From the NCBI GenBank assembly GCA_049322955.1, contig JBMOPU010000012.1:83581-147580 (forward strand): a stretch of 64,000 nt of DNA, given 5' to 3'. The stretch comes from Patescibacteria group bacterium. GTDB lineage: Bacteria > Patescibacteriota > Microgenomatia > UBA10105 > UBA927. The position numbers were made by a program, and so were the translations under genes. Shown here piece by piece: positions 19,469-28,746 of the stretch. The notes beneath the pieces were generated by a model, which saw only the letters and a list, made by a program, of their open reading frames with translations, had not been told where the DNA came from and ran no database searches. The first letter of the stretch is position 1, and every line of letters starts with the position of its first letter.

Positions 19469-20678
19469 GACAATTCAGTCGAATGTCTTCGTAACGTATG
19501 CGTTGATTCTTACGATTATCTCCGGCATAGTATTTATCTTTCGAGGATATCCAGAAACAACGACCCCCCAAAGTCATCAGCGGGAACTGGGTATTTTTCA
19601 TCGAGTTGTTGTGGGTAATATTGCGCAAAATAACGGTCTTGTGGCGAGTAAATTCGGCATGCTGTTGCGTCTTCCAAAAGACGGCGAATACTACTATACA
19701 CACCATCCGACCTTATATACCGTACTTTTGTATAGCGTGTATAGCGTGATCGGAAAGTACGCATTTTTCCTCATGCCGTTTTTCACCTCGCTCGGGATCA
19801 TTTTGTGCCTCTACGTCGTTATCGCGAAAGCCTCTACTCTCCCCGTTGGTTTCTGGTCGGCGATGCTTTTGACAATTCATCCGTTATTTCTTCGTTATTC
19901 GTTATTTATAAACTACGATCCGTTAACGCTCCTCCTTGCGATACTTGCACTTGGTATATTTGTTTGGAGAGTCCTTGACAGAGAGAAACCGTCGTGGCTT
20001 CCGTTATATGCGGTGCTTATCGTGTCCATGCTTGTTGATTGGCCGGGATATTTTTTGACGTACTGCATACTCGCCTACTATGCGATCATAAAACGGTCGA
20101 TGCGCCTTGATACCCACTGTTATATCCTGTTTTTTCTGCCGATAGGGATGTTTTTGGGGTTTCTTGCGCATAACGTATGGTTAACCGGCTCCATAAACGG
20201 CGGAAATTTATTACGGACCTTCATCGGGCGGGTTTCGAATGCCGGAGAAGTTGATTTTTTCGGAGGCATACGTCCGAATAAACCCCCGTATGCAACGTAC
20301 GGTGATTTTTTGTTATTTCTTATCCATAACCTATTCCGTCACGGCACAATGCCGTACGTCATAAGCGGTCTCGCCGGCGCATTGATCGGCCGGCGCAGTT
20401 CTCACAGTAGTCGCATACGTCTCTTTAGCGGACTCGTATTTATCATCGGCATATCATTTCTCCTGGTCTTTAATTCATTCGCGTTTTATCATGATTTTTC
20501 TCTCCTGCAGGTGCTCCCGGCATTTACGGTGATGACTGCCGTGTTATTTTTTGAAGTCGTACGATGGATATCCAAACGTACAGATTTCATAGCAACGGGA
20601 TCATTTTTGACCACGGAGCGAGCGTATCACGTGCTCCTTTTTATTTTTGCGCTGTTCATTCTTATAACGGGGTCATGA
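19452..20678 (+). CDS. Polytopic membrane protein of the glycan locus (possible GT-C-like glycosyltransferase).
   Basis: 408 aa with at least 9 hydrophobic segments. Loop motif YYTHHPTLY. No soluble domain. Confidence 0.4.
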   Translation: MIILNKTIQSNVFVTYALILTIISGIVFIFRGYPETTTPQSHQRELGIFHRVVVGNIAQNNGLVASKFGMLLRLPKDGEYYYTHHPTLYTVLLYSVYSVIGKYAFFLMPFFTSLGIILCLYVVIAKASTLPVGFWSAMLLTIHPLFLRYSLFINYDPLTLLLAILALGIFVWRVLDREKPSWLPLYAVLIVSMLVDWPGYFLTYCILAYYAIIKRSMRLDTHCYILFFLPIGMFLGFLAHNVWLTGSINGGNLLRTFIGRVSNAGEVDFFGGIRPNKPPYATYGDFLLFLIHNLFRHGTMPYVISGLAGALIGRRSSHSSRIRLFSGLVFIIGISFLLVFNSFAFYHDFSLLQVLPAFTVMTAVLFFEVVRWISKRTDFIATGSFLTTERAYHVLLFIFALFILITGS

Positions 20679-20852
20679 CATGAGGGAAAAATCCCACATG
20701 AGGCGCCGCTGACGGCACCGCGGTCTTGGGATCCATCCGCTTCTGACCTATCCCCTTCCCCTCTTCAACACAGATAGCCGGCTTTTTGCTATGTTTTTTT
20801 ATTTATACTATAGTAACGCGGTGCAACCACATCGGAAGGAAACTTTATCGTC

Positions 20853-22028
20853 ATGAGAAAACGGATTATACGGACGGGCATTGTTCTATTTTCCTGTCTC
20901 GGTTCATTGTTGATACTAGAGATACTATTGGGAATTATCCGTCCCCGATATGGTCGGCTGGCATGGACCGAGGGTGAAGAAGGGTTCTTTCAGCTAGACG
21001 AACGGCGTATCTATCGGCTTAGTCCGTCGTCCTCGTACCCGAAGGAAGAAACGGATTCCCTCTTTTACCGAACAAACGACCGAGGGTTTCGCTATGCGCC
21101 AGAAGCGTCTCCTGCCGGAGAAACAAAAATGAGGATTCTTATGGTCGGTGACTCGTTCACGTTTGGAAAAGGCGTATCACATGAAGAAGCGTACCCGGCA
21201 CGCGTACAATCCATCCTCAACAGCACCGGTATCCCCGCTGAAGTAGTAAATGCCGGGGTTCCCGGATACGGGATTGACCAGGAATACCGCTATCTCACGG
21301 ACGAATTAATTCCTCAGCAATCACCAGACATCATCGTGTGGAATCTTAATGCAAATGATGTCGATGACACGAATAAAGCCTGTCTGTATGCGGTGCGCAG
21401 TAGCACGCTCGTGCCATTCTCCGGCCGACGAAACCTTTTGTATTTACAGGGTGTTTTTGCGAAAAAATCCCCGCCGATGTTTAAGAAAAGTAATATTTTC
21501 CGATTTCTGCTCTATACATCAAACGCCATTATCGGATCAGACAGATTTACGTTCGGGTGCAGTGCCCCGATCAGAGGTTCCCGTGAAGTTATGTACCGCG
21601 CATTTCGCGAAAAGCTTGCAATCTATCTTCCGCGTGTCCGTGCCGCCCTCTCAAAAAGAAATGCGAAACTGATCATTACCATGATGCCATTTGAATATTA
21701 TTTTGACCCCCGTCGCACCAACGATCCGATCATCGCCGATTATCACGCCATACAACAAACGCTCGCAGCTTTGTCGGAATCGAATGTCGATTTGAATGAA
21801 GTAATCGCCGCCCAACGTGATCCTGGTTTGTATTCCCTGCGGACAGGGCGGATGATACCGCCCGAATTGCCCGATGAATCCGGTTCGCCCCAACCCGGAG
21901 GAAATATTATTGAGTCGCTTTATCTTCCGGAAAAAAACCCGTTTGACGGTGCCCACCTTAACGGGCTTGGAAACAATTTTATTGCACAGCATGTGGCGGA
22001 GGTTCTCCGGGAGGCATTGCTCCCATGA
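20853..22028 (+). CDS. SGNH/GDSL hydrolase-family protein (possible glycan O-acyl esterase/acyltransferase helper) with an N-terminal signal-anchor.
   Basis: Block I MVGDSFTFGKG (GDSx), block III VNAGVPGYG, block V DGAHLNGLGNNFIAQHV (DxxH). Confidence 0.7.
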   Translation: MRKRIIRTGIVLFSCLGSLLILEILLGIIRPRYGRLAWTEGEEGFFQLDERRIYRLSPSSSYPKEETDSLFYRTNDRGFRYAPEASPAGETKMRILMVGDSFTFGKGVSHEEAYPARVQSILNSTGIPAEVVNAGVPGYGIDQEYRYLTDELIPQQSPDIIVWNLNANDVDDTNKACLYAVRSSTLVPFSGRRNLLYLQGVFAKKSPPMFKKSNIFRFLLYTSNAIIGSDRFTFGCSAPIRGSREVMYRAFREKLAIYLPRVRAALSKRNAKLIITMMPFEYYFDPRRTNDPIIADYHAIQQTLAALSESNVDLNEVIAAQRDPGLYSLRTGRMIPPELPDESGSPQPGGNIIESLYLPEKNPFDGAHLNGLGNNFIAQHVAEVLREALLP

Positions 22029-22876
22029 GCCTGACCCTCTCTCTCCTTGTTTCGTATTCCGGTGACAGACTCGAACAGTTTCACCGTGCACTGCACTCGA
22101 TTTTTTGTCAGCAGTCGGATATGCGAGGGGTGGAATTATTGGTGCTCAATGACAGCGAACAGACGAGTCCTCTCTCGCTCCTACGACGCTACACGGGAAA
22201 GTTCCCCATACGGTATTTCGAAATGAAAAACCCCACACGGAAGGCATATGTAAACAGCGCGTCACGAAGAAATTTTTTGGTGAAGAAAGCCCGGGGCCAC
22301 TACCTGTTGATCACTGATCCCGAAGTGGTGCATCTTTCGCCGACGATTCACCAGATCAGATCCGCGTTTGCAACGCAGGGAGACGGCATATGGTATTGTG
22401 GCCCTGTTTTGGCAACATCATCCGTAGTGACGCCATCGGGGAGACTTGCCTACTATGATAGGCGACAAGAACGAAATATGCGATTGCTTTGGGGTCCCCC
22501 TCCGGTGAAGGAAAAACCGATACACACGTCATGGTATATGAATAACGCAGAATATACGAGTATTAACGATCCGCACTTTACCGAATTTTTCTGGTGTACC
22601 GCGATGGCAAAATCGCAGGTGGTTGCCGTTGAGGGATGCAATGAATCTTTTAAGGTATACGGGTACGAGGAAATAGAATTATTTCGCTTATTGTACAAAC
22701 GGGGAGTTCGTCGTCTCTATGATCCGGCATACATTACCTGCCATCTGCCCCATCGCATTGCACTTTCGCCGGCGGAGCAACGATATTGGTGGATATACAA
22801 CCGATATCAAAAGCGTCTTCCCCAGCCGAATTGGGGAACGCTACACGGAACGGAAACGAAAGAAGTTAAGCTATGA
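22025..22876 (+). CDS. GT2-family glycosyltransferase.
   Basis: Has LSLLVSYSGDRLEQFHRALHSIFCQQ...VELLVLNDS...HYLLITDPE. It overlaps the upstream gene by 4 nt. Confidence 0.6.
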   Translation: MSLTLSLLVSYSGDRLEQFHRALHSIFCQQSDMRGVELLVLNDSEQTSPLSLLRRYTGKFPIRYFEMKNPTRKAYVNSASRRNFLVKKARGHYLLITDPEVVHLSPTIHQIRSAFATQGDGIWYCGPVLATSSVVTPSGRLAYYDRRQERNMRLLWGPPPVKEKPIHTSWYMNNAEYTSINDPHFTEFFWCTAMAKSQVVAVEGCNESFKVYGYEEIELFRLLYKRGVRRLYDPAYITCHLPHRIALSPAEQRYWWIYNRYQKRLPQPNWGTLHGTETKEVKL

Positions 22877-23490
22877 AACAAAAAAACTCATTTCTTATTG
22901 TGATCCTTGCCACTAAACGGATTGAAGATCACCCTAAGGTGTTGCAGGAACAGATGAGTGCGTTGGCAACAGTCGGGCGCATTGTCTATGTCTGTCGTTG
23001 TGAAACAAACTTTCTGGTCGCCGTTGCGAAATTTTTACGAAAACGGGTATCAGACAACTATGGAAAACCCGGGCGTTGCCCCGACGTCACTCGTCTCTAT
23101 GTGTATAGTCCGCTCCCCTTTCTCCGTTTTGCATTCGTGCGGCGGATACATACCTTGCTCTACGATTTTGTGGCAGTGTGGAGCACGCGATGGTGGTTGT
23201 TATCTGAAAAACCTCTCGCCCATGCGGTGTGGATGATGCATACGGATTTGTATAAATACCTACATGTATGGCAAAAAAGCATCCTGATTATCGATACCAT
23301 CGATCATGATAAAGATAAGGATAAACACGGAATATTTATGAAGCGGTATCGCACGACGGGAATTTTCATACATAAAAAGGGAGTGCCGACACTTGCGGTC
23401 GTGCCGTGGGGAGCAACACAACAAGAACGGATAAAAAAAACTATCGCAAAAATTACCGAAATGATGAATCTTTCAGTGTCTTCCCCGTGA
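22873..23490 (+). CDS. Hypothetical protein (possible stand-alone GT-B N-domain-like).
   Basis: 205 aa with no recognisable motif. It overlaps its neighbours by 4 nt upstream and 38 nt tail-to-tail downstream. Confidence 0.35.
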   Translation: MKQKNSFLIVILATKRIEDHPKVLQEQMSALATVGRIVYVCRCETNFLVAVAKFLRKRVSDNYGKPGRCPDVTRLYVYSPLPFLRFAFVRRIHTLLYDFVAVWSTRWWLLSEKPLAHAVWMMHTDLYKYLHVWQKSILIIDTIDHDKDKDKHGIFMKRYRTTGIFIHKKGVPTLAVVPWGATQQERIKKTIAKITEMMNLSVSSP

Positions 23491-24700
23491 TTGTGCGGTC
23501 AATCAGCGCGAGAAAATATGCCGTAGCAGAGGGTTTGTTGAATGTGGCGGCAACCTCCGTACAACGCTTACTCAGTTTCCTATACGAATGACTCGAAAGC
23601 CGCATCATCCATTGCATCTTTTTTGCAAAAACAAGCGGATCCGGTGAGGGAATAATAAGTCGCGGATCTACTTTTGTAAGAAGTTCAGGAATGGCTCCTT
23701 CATTGGAGCCTAACACGGGCCGTCCGTAGGTGAACGCTTCCAACGCGACATACCCGAACATTTCTAAATTAACCGAAGGAAACAACACACAGTCACTTGC
23801 CTGATACAACCGCGAAAGCAGATGTTTGGGAAGATGAGGAAGAAACACAAGATGATTTTCTAAATTGCGGGCACGAATCCAGGATAGCCATTTCTCTCGA
23901 TGGGCGTGGTCAGCATACCCGGAAAATACGATCGTATAATCCGGACTCGTAAGATACGGCAGTGCGGCAAATACCCGTTCGGGCTGTTTCCACGGTTCAA
24001 ATCGGGAGGGAAATAAAAAAACAAAGTCGTTTTGCGGAATACCAAAACGTTTCCGTACGCTTCTCTTAGTCTGCAGGTTCAGTCTCCTTTTTTGTGTTGG
24101 GGAAATAAACCCCGGAATAATACGGATGGGTTTTGTGACATGATAATACGTTTGTAAGAGACGCATGGCATACGTGCTATAGGTAAGAATAGTAGGAAAA
24201 GCAGACAGGCCTATCCAAGTAATCCAATAATAGAGCAATGATCTGAACCGGTTCAGAATCCCCGAGTCCATTGCAAAGTTCTTTTTTAGTTCTAAGTCCA
24301 ACGGACTGATGAAAAAAAACAGCCGTGGGATGCGTAACACCAAAAGGGGAAAAGACAGTGCGGCCGTTGCGATTGGGCCGACGCATAATACCAGCGAAAT
24401 CTTTTTTTGCGTGATAATCCGGAAAAAAAGCCTGAGGGTCTGAAGTACGATCCGTAGTTTATTTCCGGGACCGTGGTACGAGCGAAGCGGCATGTGATAG
24501 ATGCGGTCCGCATCCTGAAACCGTTTTCTGAATGTCGCATCGTGACGATGCGTGGTAACGGTGAGGATATGTACGTGATACCCGTTTTTTTTGAGGAGAG
24601 TGGATGTCTCGGCGACAAGCGTACTCATACCGCCGTATCCGAGCATCTCCGCCACCAAAAGCACCGTTTGTGCGGTGTGATGCTTCGGGTGGGGTTTCAT
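23453..24700 (-). CDS. GT4-family glycosyltransferase with an internal hydrophobic segment.
   Basis: Has EMFGYVALEAFTYGRPVLGSNEGAIPELL. I chose the start at the internal ATG (MKPHPKHH...) to avoid overlapping the HD gene. Confidence 0.7.
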   Translation of the reverse strand: MKPHPKHHTAQTVLLVAEMLGYGGMSTLVAETSTLLKKNGYHVHILTVTTHRHDATFRKRFQDADRIYHMPLRSYHGPGNKLRIVLQTLRLFFRIITQKKISLVLCVGPIATAALSFPLLVLRIPRLFFFISPLDLELKKNFAMDSGILNRFRSLLYYWITWIGLSAFPTILTYSTYAMRLLQTYYHVTKPIRIIPGFISPTQKRRLNLQTKRSVRKRFGIPQNDFVFLFPSRFEPWKQPERVFAALPYLTSPDYTIVFSGYADHAHREKWLSWIRARNLENHLVFLPHLPKHLLSRLYQASDCVLFPSVNLEMFGYVALEAFTYGRPVLGSNEGAIPELLTKVDPRLIIPSPDPLVFAKKMQWMMRLSSHSYRKLSKRCTEVAATFNKPSATAYFLALIDRTITGKTLKDSSFR

Positions 24701-24716
24701 GGGTATTCTGAAATCG

Positions 24717-25361
24717 CTATTTTGATGGATCGGCAAACTGCATAACCGCATGCCGTAACAATCTGCGTTTTGACGCCGCAAGCTTGGGCATACCTGCAAG
24801 CTGTGTCCACCATTCCGTACTCGCCACCGCTTCGGCATTTGCCGCGAGACGCCGGGATTGCGGGAGAGTAAGTTGTTTTTTGGAATATTTCAACCATTTC
24901 TTTGCTTCCGTATATCCCTGTTCGACAAGAATATTTTCCTGAAATAGCTGATCCAATATATCCGCATCTTTTACCACTTTTGCCGCAAGCGACTTTTGGG
25001 CAAGAAAGGTATGATAGTGCGTAAGAAAGATACTACGGATAGTTGGCGGCAACGGATGGATGATATCGGTAAAGGCGTCGGTTTCCGCCTTTGTTTGATA
25101 CCGCTTATGCACGAAATTGGCATCACCAACCCGTGATTCCGCAATATCATGAATGAGCGCCATGAGGCTTACCTCCTGCAAATTCGCTCCGACCTCTTCC
25201 GCAAGCAGTAAGGCGATCATTGTGACATTGTATGAGTGGTCGGCTATGGATCCCATGTCGACGTTGAATGTTTGGTAAGAACTTCTTCTGATACGCTGGA
25301 GTGAACGAATTTCATTGATAAAGTTCACAACGCCGTTATCTTTTTTGAATGCTTTTTTCAT
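24717..25361 (-). CDS. HD-domain phosphohydrolase (YfbR-like 5'-deoxynucleotidase family).
   Basis: Has ADHSYNVTMIALLLAEE...LIHDIAESRVGD (H...HD...D). It overlaps the 3' end of the upstream QueC-like gene. Confidence 0.7.
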   Translation of the reverse strand: MKKAFKKDNGVVNFINEIRSLQRIRRSSYQTFNVDMGSIADHSYNVTMIALLLAEEVGANLQEVSLMALIHDIAESRVGDANFVHKRYQTKAETDAFTDIIHPLPPTIRSIFLTHYHTFLAQKSLAAKVVKDADILDQLFQENILVEQGYTEAKKWLKYSKKQLTLPQSRRLAANAEAVASTEWWTQLAGMPKLAASKRRLLRHAVMQFADPSK

Positions 25362-26301
25362 ACGAGTGTTGCAGGGCAACGGTTATTCTTCTGGTGGCGT
25401 TGTGTATTTTACTTTGGACCATTCCCATCGGCAAGTCTGTCCAATAGACCGTGTGATCGCATATTCCCGCCCGTTCGTACGCCTCTTTTCTTGTCCGACA
25501 TCCGTCACATCTCCCGCAATGGTACACCCCTCCCCAGTAACAACTCCATGTTTTTTCAAGCGGCATGCCATAATGATTCGCCCATTGGATAAGCGTTTCT
25601 TTTTCCCAAAAATATCCGCACTCTCTTTCCAGCGCGAGTGAGGCGATCTGCCATGACGAATCGTTGGTAAGTACGATAGTATTCATGGTCACCGAACGAA
25701 GCGCGGTGAATGTTTCATACGCCATACCGACCCCGTCCTTGGCGATAAAACTGTTAAATACGGTACGTATCCTTACTCCCCGGGTTAACTCCAGGTATCG
25801 GGCATATTGGACCGCATACCCGTTCAATAGCGATGAGTACATCGGGATCCCGTGTCGTTGAAGCGTTGTAGTATTGAAAATAGCGTCCGCAACGTCCGTA
25901 ATTCTCCATCGGATTTCCCGTGGCGGTATCGGTGCATTGATGAGTATCGGCTGATGATACTGCGAAGGGTATTGCTTCTGGAAAAAATCGGTAAAAAAGT
26001 AAAACGATCGAAGCTCCTTCGCAACGCGTCGATGTCCTCTTTTTATATATAACGGGTAAATATGCAATCCGTATTTTCTCATAAGAATGTCGCTAGCGAC
26101 CGTGCTGTCCAGACCGCCGGAAGAGAGCATGATAACCGGCGTGTTGGGTCGGGGCATGCGGAATATATATCCGCGTGTTTTCAATAAAAACGATTCGATA
26201 CTTGCGACCGCCGGCATGTTTTCCAGCGGGCGTTTTTGTAAAAGCATTGTGATGGTATTTTTCTGTTTTCGGGGAAGGATATAAGCGGTCTGCTTCTTCA
26301 T
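25336..26301 (-). CDS. QueC/ExsB-family PP-loop ATP pyrophosphatase with an N-terminal extension. Either an N-acetyl-sugar amidotransferase (WbpG/PseA-like) or a 7-cyano-7-deazaguanine synthase homolog.
   Basis: Has VIMLSSGGLDSTV (SGGxDS) and a C-terminal CYWGGVYHCGRCDGCRTRK (Cx7CxxCxxC, a QueC-type Zn motif). 321 aa. Confidence 0.65.
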   Translation of the reverse strand: MKKQTAYILPRKQKNTITMLLQKRPLENMPAVASIESFLLKTRGYIFRMPRPNTPVIMLSSGGLDSTVASDILMRKYGLHIYPLYIKRGHRRVAKELRSFYFFTDFFQKQYPSQYHQPILINAPIPPREIRWRITDVADAIFNTTTLQRHGIPMYSSLLNGYAVQYARYLELTRGVRIRTVFNSFIAKDGVGMAYETFTALRSVTMNTIVLTNDSSWQIASLALERECGYFWEKETLIQWANHYGMPLEKTWSCYWGGVYHCGRCDGCRTRKEAYERAGICDHTVYWTDLPMGMVQSKIHNATRRITVALQHSYEKSIQKR

Positions 26302-26318
26302 GGAGAATAGTAATTTTT

Positions 26319-27008
26319 TTACAGATGCGCGGTATGGATTTTTCCGTTTTTAAGCTCAAACACCCGTTCGCAATTTCGTCGAATATACTCAAGCCAGTGC
26401 GATGCTATGATAAATGTCTTGTTTTCTTTAATCAACTGCTTTAAGACGCGCTGGGATTTGCGGCGAAATTCGGCATCCCCTACTCCAAATCCCTCGTCGA
26501 GTATAAAAATATCGGGATTGGATTGTATTGCAACGGAGAATCCGAGACGCAACATCATCCCCTCGGAATAGGTATAAAGAGGAACATCGACAAACTGACC
26601 GATATCGGCAAATGCGATGATCTCGTTGAGTTTTTGATCGATCGTCCGTTTGGACATACCCAACAGCATGCCGTTCAGATAAATATTCTGAATACCCGAC
26701 AGTTCGGGATGGAAGCCTGCCTCTAGATCAATAAGCGATACGACTTTTCCATATCGTTTTACCGTTCCGCTAGTGGGAGTGGTAATCCCCGCAATTATTT
26801 TGAGCAGGGTTGTTTTTCCACTGCCGTTCGGCCCGATTATTCCTATTTTTTCCCCTCGCTTCACCGTCAAATTTATTTTTTGGAGTGCCCAGAATGTTTC
26901 GTGATCGTGTTTCACGAACTTTTCCACGAGCGTTGGCTTTTCATGATGGATTTCATATTTCTTGCTTACGTGATTTAACTCGATGGCAATATCGTATGTT
27001 GTGTTCAT
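26319..27008 (-). CDS. ABC transporter ATP-binding protein (Wzt/TagH-like polysaccharide exporter).
   Basis: Walker A GIIGPNGSGKTTLLKIIAG, signature LSGIQ... region, Walker B ILDEGF. Confidence 0.85.
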   Translation of the reverse strand: MNTTYDIAIELNHVSKKYEIHHEKPTLVEKFVKHDHETFWALQKINLTVKRGEKIGIIGPNGSGKTTLLKIIAGITTPTSGTVKRYGKVVSLIDLEAGFHPELSGIQNIYLNGMLLGMSKRTIDQKLNEIIAFADIGQFVDVPLYTYSEGMMLRLGFSVAIQSNPDIFILDEGFGVGDAEFRRKSQRVLKQLIKENKTFIIASHWLEYIRRNCERVFELKNGKIHTAHL

Positions 27009-27772
27009 AACCAGTCATCAAATGTTTTGCTTTCTTTTTCAAAGATCAGTATTCCCAAAAAGGCAACCCCAAGGATAACGCTGATGTTACTCACAAGCAT
27101 TGCGGGGCCCGGCGCGGGAGCGCCGATGAGCGCATGTTGAAACAACTGGACAATCGAGGTGAGGGGATTAATCCGCCAAAGCCACAATACTTCCTTGGGT
27201 AACTGGATAAAAGAGTAGACGATCGGTGTCGCGTAGAACCATACGATCAGGATAGCCTGAACAAAAAAATTAACGTCTCTGAATCGAACGTTGAGCGCCG
27301 ACGTCAAAAGCGAAATTCCGGAAGTAAATATGAGTAGTAACGCCAGGGCAATACCACTATACACGGGCGCAAGCGGTGTCATCGTGCCCAGCAAAAGTGT
27401 GGGAAGAAGAAAAATAAGAAACCCCGCGGTGAAATGGATAAAGTTTGAAACAACGATGGATAGAGGAATAATACCTCGCGGAAACGCTGACTTCTTTACG
27501 AGTGAACGTTCATACACAATCGAGGGAGTTGCCTTGGTTAACGAAGTTGAAAAAAAATTCCAGGTAAGCAGGCCGATATATAAATAATAGTAATAATGCG
27601 GAATCGGCTCCTGTACAAAGAGGGTAAAAATAAAACCGATCACCATCATTTGAAGCAACGGATTGATGATCAGCCAGAGAAAACCGAATGCGGTGTTTTT
27701 GTAGCGGGACTGCAATTCCTTTTGGGTCATTCCCCACAAAAGTTCAAAAAAATGCCGGGTATCCGTTGTCAT
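27005..27772 (-). CDS. ABC-2 type permease (Wzm/TagG-like).
   Basis: 255 aa with 6 transmembrane segments. It overlaps the ATPase gene by 4 nt, a typical ABC-2 permease arrangement. Confidence 0.8.
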   Translation of the reverse strand: MTTDTRHFFELLWGMTQKELQSRYKNTAFGFLWLIINPLLQMMVIGFIFTLFVQEPIPHYYYYLYIGLLTWNFFSTSLTKATPSIVYERSLVKKSAFPRGIIPLSIVVSNFIHFTAGFLIFLLPTLLLGTMTPLAPVYSGIALALLLIFTSGISLLTSALNVRFRDVNFFVQAILIVWFYATPIVYSFIQLPKEVLWLWRINPLTSIVQLFQHALIGAPAPGPAMLVSNISVILGVAFLGILIFEKESKTFDDWL

Positions 27773-27961
27773 GGGGAGTATTATAATAGACCATCTATCA
27801 AATATGATACAGTAAATTCTTCTTCAGTAACGTGCCATGAGTGAAACAGACCCGTGATGAGGGAAAAAGATGGCGCCAGATGCACAAAAAAATACTTTAT
27901 CACTGCGGGCACGGTATGTCATGCTGGCGCATGCCCTAAGGAAATTGGTATAGTATCGCAT

Positions 27962-28573
27962 ATGCGGATCATGTATTGGCTACATTATATTGCCATAGTC
28001 GCTCTCTTTATCCTGTCGTTGCCGTTTCAAGTCGGCATTGCGCTGCTCATCCTGTTTATTGACGGATCACCGGTAATTTTTTGTCAGCGACGGGTCGGGA
28101 AGGACGGGAAATCCTTCATGATGTATAAGTTCCGTACCATGGTGAACGGTGCCGAAAAAAAACAGCCCAAATATATACGCCTGAATGAATCGCAGGGACC
28201 CGCCTTCAAAATTCATGACGATCCCCGCTTCACGAAGCTGGGCAAGTTCTTAAGCCATACGGGGCTTGATGAATTGCCGCAACTTGTGAATGTGCTGGAG
28301 GGTTATATGACCCTCATCGGTCCCCGCCCGCTCCCCGTAGCTGAGGCAAAGAAGTTAAAAAAATGGATGAAAGCACGGGAAAAAATGCGCCCCGGCATCA
28401 TTTCCCCCGCCATACTCACGGGGAAGTATCATGAGAATTTTGATGCCTGGATGAAAAGTGATATATCATACGTGAACCAAAAAGACCCGTTTCGTGATGT
28501 GCGGCTCTTTTTCAAAAGTTTTCCGTTTTTGGCGAAATTATTTCTCCGAAGTATCCGCGAGAGTAAGTCTTGA
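27962..28573 (+). CDS. Bacterial sugar transferase, small monotopic phosphoglycosyl transferase (PglC/WbaP C-domain-like); initiating enzyme.
   Basis: Has LLILFIDGSPVIFCQRRVGKDGKSFMMYKFRTM...DELPQLVNVLEGYMTLIGPRPLP. The track ORF starts earlier at an alternative codon; the first ATG is at 27962. Confidence 0.85.
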   Translation: MRIMYWLHYIAIVALFILSLPFQVGIALLILFIDGSPVIFCQRRVGKDGKSFMMYKFRTMVNGAEKKQPKYIRLNESQGPAFKIHDDPRFTKLGKFLSHTGLDELPQLVNVLEGYMTLIGPRPLPVAEAKKLKKWMKAREKMRPGIISPAILTGKYHENFDAWMKSDISYVNQKDPFRDVRLFFKSFPFLAKLFLRSIRESKS

Positions 28574-28610
28574 CAACGTCTGTGTATATATATGTATACT
28601 ATATACGTAA
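28571..28610 (+). promoter_or_regulatory. Sigma-70-like promoter candidate (TTGACA, 17 nt spacer, then TATACT) upstream of the 28747 gene.
   Basis: cTTGACAacgtctgtgtatatatatgTATACTata is read directly from the sequence. A second TTGACA/TATAAT pair at 28710-28731 has only a 10-nt spacer. Confidence 0.4.
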
Positions 28611-28746
28611 TGCGCGACAGCAATTTTTCCAATCGGACAATTTTCTTTTTATAGTATATAGGTCGCTTTATACCCGGTTAACCACCGGGTTTTTTATAGG
28701 AATAGAGTTGACAACCGTTGATTTATAATGTTACTATAGGTTAATT

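Noticed and set aside
23311-23335. Short gataaagataaggataaaca repeat
   Set aside because: It simply encodes a DKDKDK stretch within a hypothetical protein and is too short to be a meaningful DNA repeat.
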